Assembly: GCF_030684315.1 (NCBI RefSeq)
Contig: NC_081381.1
Coordinates: forward strand, 9,296,566-9,360,565
Direction of reading: 5' to 3'
Length of the DNA: 64,000 bases
From: Stegostoma tigrinum
Lineage: Eukaryota
Position numbers and translations under genes: made by a program. Of this stretch, positions 23,840-36,894 are shown piece after piece. A model generated the notes under the pieces. It was not told the DNA's origin, did no database searches, and saw nothing but the letters and a program-made list of their open reading frames with translations. Positions within the stretch are counted from its first letter, which is position 1. Each line of letters starts with the position of its first letter.

Positions 23840-24530
23840 CAATAAAGTAAAGCAGCAGAATTAGGCTACTCAGCCCATTGAGTCTGCTTCACCATTCAAT
23901 CATTGCTGATATGTTTCTTAACTCCGTTCTCCTGCCTTCCTCCCCCTCCAGCCCCATAAAGCTTGATCCTCCTATTGATCAAGAACCTATCTATTTCTCT
24001 TAAGGTACCTGAATGATTTTGCTGCAGAAGGCTATGGAAGCCATGAGTTCCACAGATCCACTGAAGAAATTCCTCCTCCTCTGAGTTCCCATCACTCTGT
24101 GCCCTCAGGTTCTCATCACTCAACTCGTGAAAACTTGTCACCTCCGCTATCTAGGCTTCTCAGTAGAGCAAAAGTCATGTCAAGGCTTCCTCACCAATAC
24201 CACACTGCCCCCTCCCCAAAAGAAAACTGCCCCGACAATTCCAGCTAACAAAGTGTGAAGGTGGATGAACGCAGCAGGCTGAGCAGCACCTCAGGAGCAC
24301 AAAAGCTGACGTTTCGGGCCTGGACCCTTCAGCCAGCTTCACACTTTGTTATCTTGGATTCTCCAGCATCTGCAGTTCCTGTTATCTCTGCCCCGACAAT
24401 CCCACTGAGTGCAGAACCAGAGACGTCAACTCTTCATCCCGGGAGCATTCTTATGAAGCTCCTCTGGCTCTTTCGAGGCCAGCATATCCTTCCTCAGATG
24501 TAGGGCTCAAAACTGCATGCAATATTCCAG
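23840..24530 (-). mobile_element. CR1 3' fragment containing a pLTR-type insertion
   Basis: Minus ORF EIDRFLINRRIK matches the CR1 C-terminus. Confidence 0.7.
24227..24400. mobile_element. Penelope pLTR-derived inverted insertion with 13-bp target-site duplication
   Basis: ctgccccgacaat at 24227-24239 and 24388-24400; the hammerhead motif is truncated at the inversion junction. Confidence 0.8.
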
Positions 24531-25223
24531 AAAGCAGTCTTTTTGATTAAATTTCTCTTTTTAAAAGAATGGAAAGCTGTTAAAGTGGCAAAGCTCTACA
24601 TCTATAGCATAACATTTGTATTTGAGAGCTTGTGGCTGGACCATTTGCTTAAGCTTTCTCCAATACTTTGCCATAGCCTAAGATATACATGATCAGGACT
24701 TGTTAACATTGCCATCTCGAGTCCTACACAGTTGCTTATCAATTCCTTATTTATAATTGTTGTTAACAATTGTAAATTACCTCAATTGCACTGTCTGTAG
24801 AAAATAAGACAAAATATTTAGTATTCACACTGTAGTTCACATAGTTTGACTGCTGTTGTCTTCCTGGAGTGACTTCACTAATATTCCCATTATTTAGATC
24901 CGAGAATAGTCTGCACTATTTCTTTTTTAAAATTATTATTATTAATATAATAATTAATAATAATATTATATTATTTTGGCCCATATTTCCTTTTTATCTT
25001 TTATTTTGTAATCCTGACCCTTCTAATCTCACCCTTAAAACCTCAAATTTCTTTGTGGCTTTCTAATGTAATCTTAATCCTGGAAAAAGAAGATATTGTG
25101 TGGAAACAATTTGTTTTGCACTCTTCAAGACAATTTGCAAGAAATACCAGGTGAAGGGAATGCAACATTTATACTTCGAGGGAGAGTGAGAGATGAGAAG
25201 GAGCTTTTCCCTCCTCCCATTGC

Positions 25224-26084
25224 AGAAAGATTTAGACAGTTTAGGAGAGTGATCCAGGAAATGGCTGATGAAATTCAACGTGAGTAAATGTGAGGTTCTG
25301 CACTTTGGAAAAAAGAATACAGGCATGGACTATTTTCTAAACGGTGAGAAAATTCGTAAATCAGAAGTGCAAAGGGATCTGGGAGTGTTGGTCCAGGATT
25401 CTCTAAAGGTTAACTTGCAGGTAGAGTCCGTAATCAAGAAAACGAATGTAATGTTGTTGTTTGTCTCAAGAGGGTTGGAATATAAAAGCAGCGATATGCT
25501 TCTGAGGCTTTATGAGGCTCTAGTTAGGCCCCATTTAGAATACTGTGTCCAATTTTGGGCCCCACACCTCAGGAAGGACATACTAGCCCTGGAGCGTGTC
25601 CAGCGGAGATTCACGTGGATGATCCCTGGAATGGGAGGTTTAACGTATGATGAACGGCTAAGGATCCTGGGATTGTACTCATTAGAGTTTAGAAGGTTGA
25701 GGGGAGATCTAATAGAAACTTACAAGATAATGTATGGTTTAGAAGGGGTGGATGCTAGGAAGTTGTTTCCATTAGGCGGGGAGACTAGGACCTGTGGGCA
25801 CAGCCTTAAAATTAGAGGGGGTAAATTTAAAACTGAAATGAGATGACATTTCTTCAGCCAGAGAGTGGTGGGCTTGTGGAATTCATTGCCGCAGAGTGCA
25901 GTGGAGGCCGGGACGTTGGATGCCTTCAAGGCAGAGATCGACAAATTCTTGATCTCAAAAGGTATCAAGGGCTACGGGGAGAGTGCAGGGAAGTGGTGTT
26001 GAAATGCCCATCAGCCATGATTTAAATGGCGGAGTGGACTTGATGGGCCGAATGGCCTTCCACTCCTATGTCTTATGGTCTTAT
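25224..26084 (+). mobile_element. Young 5'-truncated CR1 LINE, same subfamily as 11849-13344
   Basis: 192-aa ORF at 25268-25846 nearly identical to the 12530-13258 region; same tail. Confidence 0.93.
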
Positions 26085-27217
26085 TGCTGGAGGAATCAAT
26101 GACCAGGGGACATATGAGGAGCAGGACATTTAGAGGAAAGAAAATTTTTCCAAACAGCAGGTGCTGGCATCACAGCATGTGAGGGTGCAACAGGCAAAAA
26201 CTCTCAAGGCCGTCAATAAATATTTAGATGTACGCTTGTGATGCCAAGGTGTGCAAGGCTATCGACCAAGTGCTAGAAAAGGGGATTAAAATAGGCAGTT
26301 GTTTTGACTAGCACAGACCTGATGGGCTGAAGGATCTTTTTCTGTGCTGTATATCTCTGAATCCAGTGCAGATTCATAGGCAATGGCGATTACATGGGTT
26401 AATGATGACTAATATTATAAGTCAAACTTTGTTTTAATTTTAAACCAGGCAAGTTGACACTTAATTGGTTAAAGCCTTGCCCTGAAAAGTGAACTGGAGA
26501 ATTGCTGTCACCTATTTTGTTGAATTGAAACAGGCACTGTGTCTAATAAAAGTAAAGTTATGGGTTTTGCTTCAGTTGCTGATTTATTGCATTATGTAGA
26601 AATCCTCAGACAATTGAATGTAGATTGCAACTTGAAACTGATCAACATACGGTTCTTATTTTGGTATGGTGAAGAAATATAGAGGCTGTTTAAACATCGT
26701 CACAATACACTTATCATCCCATTTTGTAGTCTGAAGTGATTTGGGTAATAAGAGAAGCAGAGGTCAAGTTGGTCATATTTTGTACTCTGTTTGATTGTGG
26801 TCAGTGGATTCAGGAACGTGCTAACTGGAATAATGGTAATTGAAATCTTTGAAATACAAGTCTGCAGCACAGAATCAAGTTTTTTTTTAAAATTCATTCA
26901 CAGGATGAAGGTGTTGCTGGCTAGAGCAGCATTTATTGTCTATCCCTAATTGCACAGAGGACAGTTAAGAGTCAACCACATTGCTGTGGGTCTGGAATCA
27001 CATGTAGGCCAGACCAAGCAAGGATGGCGGTTTCCTTCCCTAAAAGAAACAATTGAAAACTGAACCAATTGAGTTGGTCATTCTGTGCAGGTGGTCTGAA
27101 TTCAACACTTTACTTTTCAGCTCTCAGACTGAGGGCTTGTGTGGCAGAACTTGCTCTAGACATGCATCACAACATCTCTTAACAAGATTGATTAGAAAAT
27201 ATCTAAGGTTTTGTTCT

Positions 27218-27325
27218 ATGGCTGTTGTGGCACAGTGGTAGTGCCCCTACCCCTGACCTGAGCAGTCTGGATTCAATCACATCTCCAGAAGAGTATAATA
27301 ACATCTCTGAACAAGTTGATTTTAA
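27218..27325 (+). mobile_element. Short tRNA-like SINE; similar copies at ~31655-31760 and ~43940-44030
   Basis: Shared gctgttgtgg..gtggtagtg..ctac..ctga head and aacatctctgaacaagttgatt tail. Confidence 0.5.
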
Positions 27326-27924
27326 AAAAGGGGTTCATTTCTTCAGCTAGCATTTGTAAATTGTTAATTTAGAGAGGAGATGAAAAATGAGGATGGGCTC
27401 GTGTTTTTCTTTAAGTAGGGGGAGATATTTAGGAAGGAAAGGGAGCAGACTGGAATTTGTATTGAACTATGCAATGTAATTGTGTAATTTTAGTAAGCAG
27501 GTAACTAGAAATTCAATAATATAGCTCCGAACTGGAACCTATGCTGTATGTTTTGGTTGTAAGACGATGATCATCTCTGTCATACTACAGATTTATTTTC
27601 ATGAACCCTTACTGCCATAGGTTTCTAAGGAGTAAGTGTCTTATTTGAAGATGAAGAATGTTGTTAGCACTGTCACTGAATTTCTGAGTCCAATATTGCA
27701 GGTAGCTGTAGGTGTTCAAGTTGTATGACTCTGCAGTTGACTCAGGCCCAGTGAAGACCCTTTTTCCACCACCACTCCAGGTGCGTGTCCCAATGCAGAT
27801 AGAACTACTCCTAACCATATCACAGTGCTGCTGGTTATGATGCTCACACTGACTTACTGTGTGACTGAAGATATGACTAAAGTGAATGGAGCCAATCTGA
27901 ACGAACATCCAGATGGAAGGTGCC

Positions 27925-28225
27925 AAGGTGGCTCTGTGGTTAGCACTGCTGCCTCACAGCACCAGGGACCCGAGTTCAATTCCAGCTTCGGGCAACTGCC
28001 TGTGTGGAGTTTGTACATTCTCCCTGTGTCTGCATGGGTTTCTTCCCACAGTCTGAAGAGGTGCAGGTGCGGTGGATTGGCCATACTAAATTGCCCATAG
28101 TGTCCAGGGATGTTTAGGTTAGGTGGGTTAGACATGGGAAATGCAGCGTTAGGGGAATGGGTCTGGGTGGGATGCTGTTCGGAGGGGCAGTGTGGACTTG
28201 TTAGGCCAACTAGCCTAAAGATTTC
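27925..28225 (+). mobile_element. HE1/V-SINE-like tRNA-derived SINE
   Basis: gtggttagcactgctgcctcacagc..gagttcaattcc head and tgtgtggagtttgtacattctccctgtgtctgcatgggtttc V-domain. Confidence 0.8.
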
Positions 28226-31200
28226 TGCGCTGTTTGTGGTTCTATGGTTCCAAATGCGTACAACATAATTCTACTACCCTGTCTAATTACCTTTAGAAAT
28301 GAGGTGCTGGGAGGTAGTATTAAAATGAGTGACTGTATCTTTGGGCTAAATGGCCTCTTTCTCTGTCATAACCAGGAGGTCTGGCTGATAAACATGGAGC
28401 TTCTCCCATGTAGTATAACATGCCTCAGCAAAAGTGCTTTGCTCCAAAGTCAAATAGGCGATGCCATAGGAAACCCATTTGGTGGTGGAGAGATTTACAA
28501 TTGACGCAAACTTTCCTGGAAATCAGCAGGAAATAACAATTAAGAAATTTCTGAAATACAATTCCTTTAATCCTAAAGAGAATTTTCCATAATTTTCAAT
28601 ACAACTATTCAGCTGAAACATTCGTTCAAAGCCATTTCATATGTTCCTTCTGTGTAGTGTTCTCCCTAGGCGAATAGTGAACAATAATGCATGCATCCAA
28701 TAGACTGAAAAGTTTATGCTTAAATAAAGTGCACGTTCATTCAAGTGCATGTTGCCTCCACTGTTGGTTCTATCTGCAGGAAAGTGCAATCAGACTTGAG
28801 CTTGACACAGTACAGCAGGAAGTTATTCACATTGACCTCTTGAACATTGAATGAAACTCCAACAATTCAAACAATATCTCCTTTGAGTTCTGGTTCGCTG
28901 TGTTATCTGCTACTTGGTGTTTACCATTCCGATAATCCTAAGTAAAAACTCAGGTGTCAATAATTCCTATACCAGTCAGTTAATTAAGCTTTATCTTTTT
29001 ACTTTCCCTATATATTTTTCACATTTAAATGCATCATTTCCTCCAGTCTTTTCAATTATTCTGTGCATTCTAAAGTTCACCTGTAATGAATGTCATAAAG
29101 TCTAGGTTTATGACCTTGGGTTTGAATGCATTTGCATTGTAGTAACCCACTTTAAAATGAAGAACTTTGGTGTTTAGTGTAATTTTGTTTACCAAAGATA
29201 AGTTAACTTGGAGTACAATCTTACATTGTTTTCATGAAATTTTATTGTTTGAATAAATAGTAATGAAATTCCACAGTATCCATAAAGAAAGCTTTCACTA
29301 TTAATCACAGCTCTGAACACTTCATTGTCACTTCCTTGAAATAACACTTGTACTGGTTCATTTTAAAATGGATTTTGGTAAGTTAGAAAACTTGATACCC
29401 TCATTGCCTATTAGTGTGAATCAAGATCTTATCCTCATTCTTGTTGGAAATTAACATTGTTTGTATACATGTGACAAATAGATTAGAAAGGGGCCAGAAT
29501 GCAGCCAACCATTGTGAACGTTTTGACCCTTCAATATTTGCCAGGATCAAATATTTTAATGTTCTGAGCACAATTCAAAAGCACTTGTTGCCTGATGGAG
29601 AAAGATAGCATTCTACTTCAGGACTTAAAAGCTTAACAGAGTGGGCAACATTGCATTTGGTTTAGGACGTAGATAAAACAGACTGATTTTTGGGAAGCAG
29701 CTGTCAAATCAGCAAAATGGAAATAAAGTGGAAATCAGGCACAGAATGGAAAGTTACGATGGTAATTGTAACACCAGGAAAAATGACAGGCCTCAAAAGC
29801 AACATGATTAAACTTATCTATAAACTGCCTTGTGCGTTTTCAGTAGTTTTATAATATTTTACATGGTTTCTCTGAAAAGTTGAGTTGAAGATGTGGAAAC
29901 AGTGTTTACATCTGGGAGAGTAAAATCTTTTGGGAATTTTCAAAATTATTTGAAAATGATGAAAATGATCACATTTTGAGGCACATCCATATTTTCAGAA
30001 CTGTTTATTTGTTAAACAGTCGACTACAGCCAGCTAACTGAAAGCCAGGAATGATTGAAAAATCACTTGGGTAATAAATTGTTCATAAATGAATGTGGAA
30101 TCTATACATTAAGGCAGCATACATTCCCTCATGGCCGAGAAAGGGACTCAGGGGAAAATCTAAGGATGGAGTATACATTTTGTGTATTTCAGGCCTCAAG
30201 AATAATGGAAAGAAAGCAGGAATATCATGTAGAGATAGAAGATCTGCCATGATCATGTTAAAGGTGGAGCAGGCTTGATGGGCCAAATGGCCTATTCTCA
30301 CTTGCAGTTTGCATGTTTCAATGTTTAAGAGCCACAATATGGATTAAAATTGCAGCAGATGCTATTGTAAGGAACATGGCGAAAATTGTTCCACTGAAAT
30401 CAGGCTGAAATCTGTGATGCTGTGACAAGGGTAGTAACTGCATGGTTAAAATGTTCCAGATTAATGACTGTGCAATGAAAATGTGTTCACTATCCTTACC
30501 AACCTTGAAAATATGTTCTAGGTAATGGCTTTTTTGTGTGCATCAGTTAATTTGAGAATGAACTTGAGATGCTTATTATGTCTATAGCCCTGTACGATTT
30601 AAATATTGTGGTTTCTATCCAATCGATATTTTCCTTGTATGTTATGGCTTTGTATTTATTTGGGGGCATGGTTGATAATTATTGAGGATATTGATGAATT
30701 CTTCTAATTCTGTTTCTGTGCAAGCCCAAATGCCCCATACATCAACACAAGTACAGAGGTATTGTTACTACCTGATTGCATCACCTGCTAAATAAGTCAA
30801 TGCAAATGAAAAAGGAGCTCCTGAAAGCCAAAAGGAGCCCTTGTGAAAACTCAAGAAAGCCCTTCGGTGAGTAAAAATGTCTCCTGATAAATAGAATTGT
30901 GTAGATTTCAGATGAGTGATTATCTGTTTGGAAGTGGGTGAGTGTGGAACAGACAAACCAGAGACTTCAAGCTTTTCCATATCCTAACTTCCTTTCTTCC
31001 TGCACAATATAGAAAGAAACAACTTAAACTCTTAAGGTTTCCAAGCTAATAGGCTGGTTTGTTTCATTGGCAGAAACTGACAAATGAATGCACTGGTTGT
31101 TCTCAGTTAAAGCATTGAGATTCTTTTTAAACGGATTGGTGAAGTCAGTTAAAAAGCTGTTGACAATCCAGCAGGTTTTATGCCTATTCACTTGCCAGGG

Positions 31201-31879
31201 TCTCTGTTTCTCCTCCTTATTCATTTGAAATTGATTGAAGAATCCCACATTACTGAGCTTTGGAGAAGAACAGCAATCCCTAACTTGCTTGTTCTGGTTT
31301 CCCAAGAATTTCTCTGCACATTTCAAACGTTTGACTTTGTTTCTTTAAATTCCTGTCTCGCGGTTTAAAAGATGGTGTTGCAAAGGATATGCTTGCTAGA
31401 TCTTCTCTTTTACTGTGTTATTAGCTACATAGATTAGAGGGAATGGTTATTTCATGAACAATCATTCTTGCCTAAAGTTTGGGATGCATTTTTTCCTCAT
31501 TAATAGTTAATCTAGCTTAATGCCTTTATGTGATGTTTCAATGGTAGACAAATCACTAGAAACCAGTGACTGTAGAGAGAAGGAAATCTACATGGTAACA
31601 GCTCTGTGCCTAATGAAATCACTGCTCTCTTGCACATTGCACCGCCGGTGTGAGAGCTGTTGTGGAGCGGTGGTAGTGACTCTACTCTGAGCCAGGAGCC
31701 CCAATTCCACCTGTTCTAGAGGTGTGTAATAATATCTCTGTACAAGTTGATTAGAAAATATATATCTAAATAAAAGTGAAAATCAAAACGTTGCACTAAT
31801 TGATAAGGATTTTAATTTCCACAGACTCTAAAATTTAAGATAAGACTGGAAGAGAGCTATTGCCAAAAAAAAAGGAAAT

Positions 31880-34800
31880 GTTCAGGATATATGCTCAGGG
31901 TCGGGTAAGAACTTTCCATGGGAGAGGAAGGAGCCAGTGGTTGTGATCAGGGAGGTAGCAATAGGAATGAGGTTCTGATAAAAGATAAAAGCAGCTGGGG
32001 CTAAATTTAAGAGCGGAACCTCAAAAGTTATAACTCTTAAGTTTTTATCTGAGCCATGGATGAGTTGATGTTGAATGAATGAAATTAGACAGATGAGTAC
32101 ATGACTGTTTGGCAGCAGTTGGAGAAATGGCTTTGATTCCAAGCCCACTGGTACCAGTACTGGATAAACCCAGATTTGTAACACTGCACTTCACCTGAAC
32201 CATGCTGGCACCAATGTTCCAGCAAGTCATATAGCTAGAGTAGTAGAGAGTGAGACTAAGTGGTGGGCATGAGGAAGTACATTTGAGATAATACAGTAAA
32301 TCAAAGAGTAGAGAAAGTCAAGAGAGGAAGGTATTAAAAAGAAAAAGGTAAAGACTATGGCACAAGAAGATAGTACAAATTGGCTGATAAGACTAAATAT
32401 TAAAAAAAGGCTGAAACTAAAGGCTCTGTTTCTGAACACACACAGCTTCTGAAACAAAACAGATGAACTGTGAGTGCAAATAGAAATAAATAAGTATAAT
32501 CTAAAAGACACTCCAGGGACATAGCTGCAGAATGATCTCAGTATTGAAGAGTACAGGAAAAGACGCAACAATGGATCTTGTGATGTACTGTGACATAGTA
32601 TTCTGTTAATTAATGATAGTATTAACATAATCAAATGGGATCATCTAAGGCCAGGAAACTAGGACGTAAAAGTGAGAAATTATAAAGATTAGAAATCACG
32701 TGTGCGAGCAGTATAGAGACCCCAGAACCAAAAGCACGCAGTTGGATGGATGTCAGAGATAGTTTCTTTACTCAGAGAGTAGTAAGGGAATGGAATGCTT
32801 TGCCTGCAATGGTAGTAGATTCGCCAACTTGAGGTACATTTAAGTCGTCATTGGATAAGCATATGGACGTACATGGAATAGTGTAGGTTAGGTGGGCTTG
32901 AGATCATAGAACATAGAACATAGAACAGTACAGCACAGAACAGGCCCTTCAGCCCACAATGTTGTGCCGACCATTGATCCTCATGTATGCACACTCAAAC
33001 TTCTGTGACCATATGCATGTCCAGCAGTCTCTTAAATGACCCCAATGACGTTGCTTCCACAACTGCTGCTGGCAACTCATTCCATGCCCTCTCAACTCTC
33101 TGTGTAAATAACCCGCCTCTGACATTCCCTCTATACTTTCCTCCAACCAGCTTAAAACTATGACCCCTCGTGTTAGCCATTTCTGCCCTGGGAAATAGTC
33201 TCTGGCTATCAACTCTATCTATGCCTCTCATTATCTTATATACCTCAGTTAGGTCCCCTCTCCTCCTCCTTTTCTCCAATGAAAAGAGACCGAGCTCAGT
33301 CAACCTCTCTTCATAAGATAAGCCCTCCAGTCCAGGCAGCATCCTGGTAAACCTCCCCTGAACCCTCTCCAAAGCATCCACATCTTTCCTATAATAGGGC
33401 GACCAGAACTGGACGCAGTATTCCAAGTGCGGTCTAACCAAAGTTTTATAGAGCTGCAACAAGATCTCACGACTCTTAAACTCAATCCCCCTGTTAATGA
33501 AAGCCAAAACACCATATGCTTTCTTAACAACCCTGTCCATTTGGGTGGCCATTTTAAGGGATCTATGTATCTGCACACCAAGATCCCTCTGTTCCTCCAC
33601 ACTGCCAAGAATCCTATCCTTAATCCTGTACTCAGCTTTCAAATTCGACCTTCCAAAATGCATCACCTCACATTTATCCAGGTTGAACTCCATCTGCCAC
33701 CTCTCAGCCCATCTCTGCATCCTGTCAATGTCCCACTGCAGCCTACAACACCCCTCTACACTGTCAACGACGCCTCCAACCTTTGTGTCATCTGCAAACT
33801 TGCTGACCCATCCTTCAATCCCCTAATCCAAGTCATTAATAAAAATTACAAACAGTAGAGGCCCAAGGACAGAGCCCTGTGGAACCCCACTCACCACTGA
33901 CTTCCAGGCAGAATATTTTCCTTCTACTACCACTCGCTGTCTTCTGTTGGCCAGCCAATTCTGTATCCAGGCAGCTAAGTTCCCCTGTATCCCATTCCTC
34001 TTGACCTTCTGAATGAGCCTACCATGGGGAACCTTATCAAATGCCTTACTGAAGTCCATATACACCACATCCACAGCTCGACCCTCATCAACGTTTCTAG
34101 TCACATCCTCAAAAAACCCGATAAGGTTTGTGAGGCATGACCTACCCCTCACAAAGCCGTGTTGACTGTGTTTGATCAAGCCATGCTCTTCCAGATGGTC
34201 ATAAATCCTATCCCTCAGAATCCTTTCTAACACCTTGCACACGACAGACGTGAGACTTACTGGTCTGTAATTGCCGGGGATTTCCCTATTTCTTTTCTTG
34301 AAGAGAGGAATTACATTTGCCTCTCTCCAGTCCTCGGGTACGACTCCAGTGGAGGGCAAGGATGCAAAGATCTTCGCAAGTGGCGAAGCAATTGCATTTC
34401 TCGCTTCCCAAAGCAGCCGAGGACAAATCTGGTCCGGGCCTGGTGACTTGTCAATCTTAATGTTTGACAAAATTTTCAGCACATCAGCTTCCTCTATCTC
34501 TATCCATTCCAGCATGCACACCTGCTCTTCAAAGGTTTCATTCACTACAAAGTTTGTTTCTTTCGTAAAGACAGAAGCAAAAGATCGGTATGACAGGTTG
34601 GCACAACATCGAGGGCCAAAGGGCCTGTACTGTGCTGTAATGTTCTCTGTTCTAAAAGGAAGAAGTAATGAAATTTTGTCAGAATAGTTCAGCAATAATA
34701 CTGGGAAATTTTAATTTGTATTTAGTCCAGAAAAATCAAATAGGCAAAAGTATTTGATAAAGTGCCAGATTAAAAGGTTGTTAAAGAGTTCACGGAATGT

Positions 34801-36785
34801 TTTATAGGTAAATTCTTAGAAAAGCCCATTCTGGAGCTGACCAGACAGCAGGATAAACCATACCCGCTGTTGTGCATTGAGATAGGCTTCATTCATGACC
34901 TGACAGTGAAGGTATCCTCTCTTGGTAGCAATCAGTTTATTTTAAATTTAACATGCAGTTAAACGAGAGAAAAGCAGGTCTAAGACTAGTGTTTTAAACT
35001 GGGATAAAGATGGTTACCCATCTGGTTCACAGACATACTTTATGGGAAGAAAAGTGATGCCAGACCCACTATGTAGTTGACCCTGTGCACTTGGGGGTGG
35101 GCATTAAATGTTGGTTAAGCCAATGATGGCCACTTCCCATAAAATCACAGAATAGATCATTTGATACAAAGAAAACTTCAAAAGGCAGATCCCAACATCT
35201 GTAGTTAATGTGAACAATTTGAACAGTAGCAACAATGCTAAGGAAAAATCAAACAACAATACAAAGATGGGTAGGAGATCAAGGGAAAAAGGTTAAGGAG
35301 GTGAGTGTTGGTCTTATACAAGCTGTGTCTGGGCAATTAGTCAGAGAAAATAGGGGAATGGCTGATGAATTAAACAGGTATTTTGCATCAATCTCTACTG
35401 CAGAGATTATAATTAACATGCCAGAGCAAAATGTAAATCAGAAAATGGAAGGGAAGGAGGAACTCAAGAAAATGACATGAAATCACCATGAGGTGGTACT
35501 GAACGAATTGTTGGAGCTGTGGGGGAACAAGTAGCCCAGCCAGGATGGACTTTATCAGGGCATTAAAGGTTAGGTAGTAATGATGTGCTAATGCATACAA
35601 ATGAACTTCTCATCATTCACTAATGAGTTTCTCAACTCACTGTTCAACACTTGGGTGGACAACCTGACTTCCTTCTCTCATCGTTGGGAAGCATATTTCT
35701 GCCAATTTCAACTATTTCCTCAGCTGACTTGCCAGTGCCCATGTCATACAAGGAGCTGGTAGGGTTCCAACCTATGTGTCCAGTTAGCTTAACCCCTATT
35801 GTAGGATAAATGTTAGATGCTGTCATTAAAGATATTAAAGCAGGGCACTTAGAAAAGTTCAAGATAATCAGGCAGAGTCAATATGGTTTTCTGAAAGGGA
35901 AATTATGTTTAACCAATTTGAGGGGAACCATTGGATGAACTATAATTAGATTTTCAGAAGACTTTTGATAAAGCACCACATTAAGAAAATAAAAGCTTAT
36001 GGTGTAGGGTATAATATATTGTTATGGAGAGAAGATAGGTGGCTAACAGCAAACAGAATAGGTATAACTGGGCCATTTTCTGTTTGGCAGAATGGAATGA
36101 CTGACATGACAAAGGGCTATTGCTGGGACCTTCGCATGTTAACTTATGTAAATGAGGTAGATGAGGGAGCAGAAGAAATGGTTGCTAAATTTGCTGATGA
36201 TACAAAAATAGTTCAGGAGGTAAGTTATAAAGGGTCATAAGGAGGCTGAAAAAGGAAATAAATATGACCTGACAAATAGAATTCCATATGGAAGAATAAA
36301 CCAAGTCATATTGTCTAAATGGTGTGAGATTGCTGAGCTGTAGGAGGCAGGGGGCTCTGCATGTCCTCATGAATGAACCATAAAAGATTTGTTTGCAGGT
36401 CCAGTATTTTTAGGGAGCATGACAGGGTAGATGCTGAAAGGTTCTTTCCCCTTGTGTGAGAATCTAGGACCTGAGGGAATAATCTCAGAATAAGGGCTCA
36501 CCCATTTAAAAATAGAGATGAGGGCAAATTTCTTTTCTCAAATGATAGTGAATCTGTGGAATTCTTTACCTGAAAGAGCTGTCGAGGCTCAATCATTCTG
36601 TACACGGTCTTTGTCATTGGATATTCAAGGCTGCGATTTTAATCAGCATGGAAATCGAGGGTTATGGGGAAAAGGCAGAAAAATGGAGTTAAGGATTATC
36701 AGATCAACCATAATCTGAATGAATGGTCAAGCACACTTGATGGGCTGAATAACCTACTTCTGCTGCTGTTTCTTATAGTCTTAGA
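31880..36785 (+). mobile_element. Long, heavily decayed CR1 LINE hosting nested insertions
   Basis: Remnants in expected order: ORF1/endonuclease-like sequence, MADELNRYFAS, KFADDTKI, FFSQMIVNLWNSLP, 3' tail. Confidence 0.7.
32905..34581 (-). mobile_element. Young CR1 LINE, ORF2 RT and C-terminus intact except for one in-frame TAG, 5'-truncated
   Basis: ORFs 33823-34695 and 32995-33720 share one frame: [43 protein letters not shown]; (ttctatg)n tail. Confidence 0.95.
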
Positions 36786-36791
36786 ATGAAT

Positions 36792-36894
36792 GCTGTAACC
36801 CAAGATGCTGCTTGGCCTGCTGTGTTCATCCAGCCTCACATTTTATTATCTTGGATTCTCCAGCATCTGCAGTTCCCATTATCGCTGTAACCCA
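36792..36894 (+). mobile_element. Short pLTR-derived insertion with 11-bp target-site duplication
   Basis: gctgtaaccca at 36792-36802 and 36884-36894; the insert nearly equals the reverse complement of 4306-4387. Confidence 0.8.

Noticed and set aside
24925-24978. AT-rich quasi-palindrome
   Set aside because: Low-complexity (AAT)/(ATT) sequence; the symmetry is trivial.
27925-28000. tRNA gene
   Set aside because: The A/B boxes run straight into a SINE body; no complete cloverleaf.
32995-34695. Long RT ORFs as a host gene or active element
   Set aside because: 5'-truncated CR1 ORF2 lacking the endonuclease domain and carrying a premature stop.
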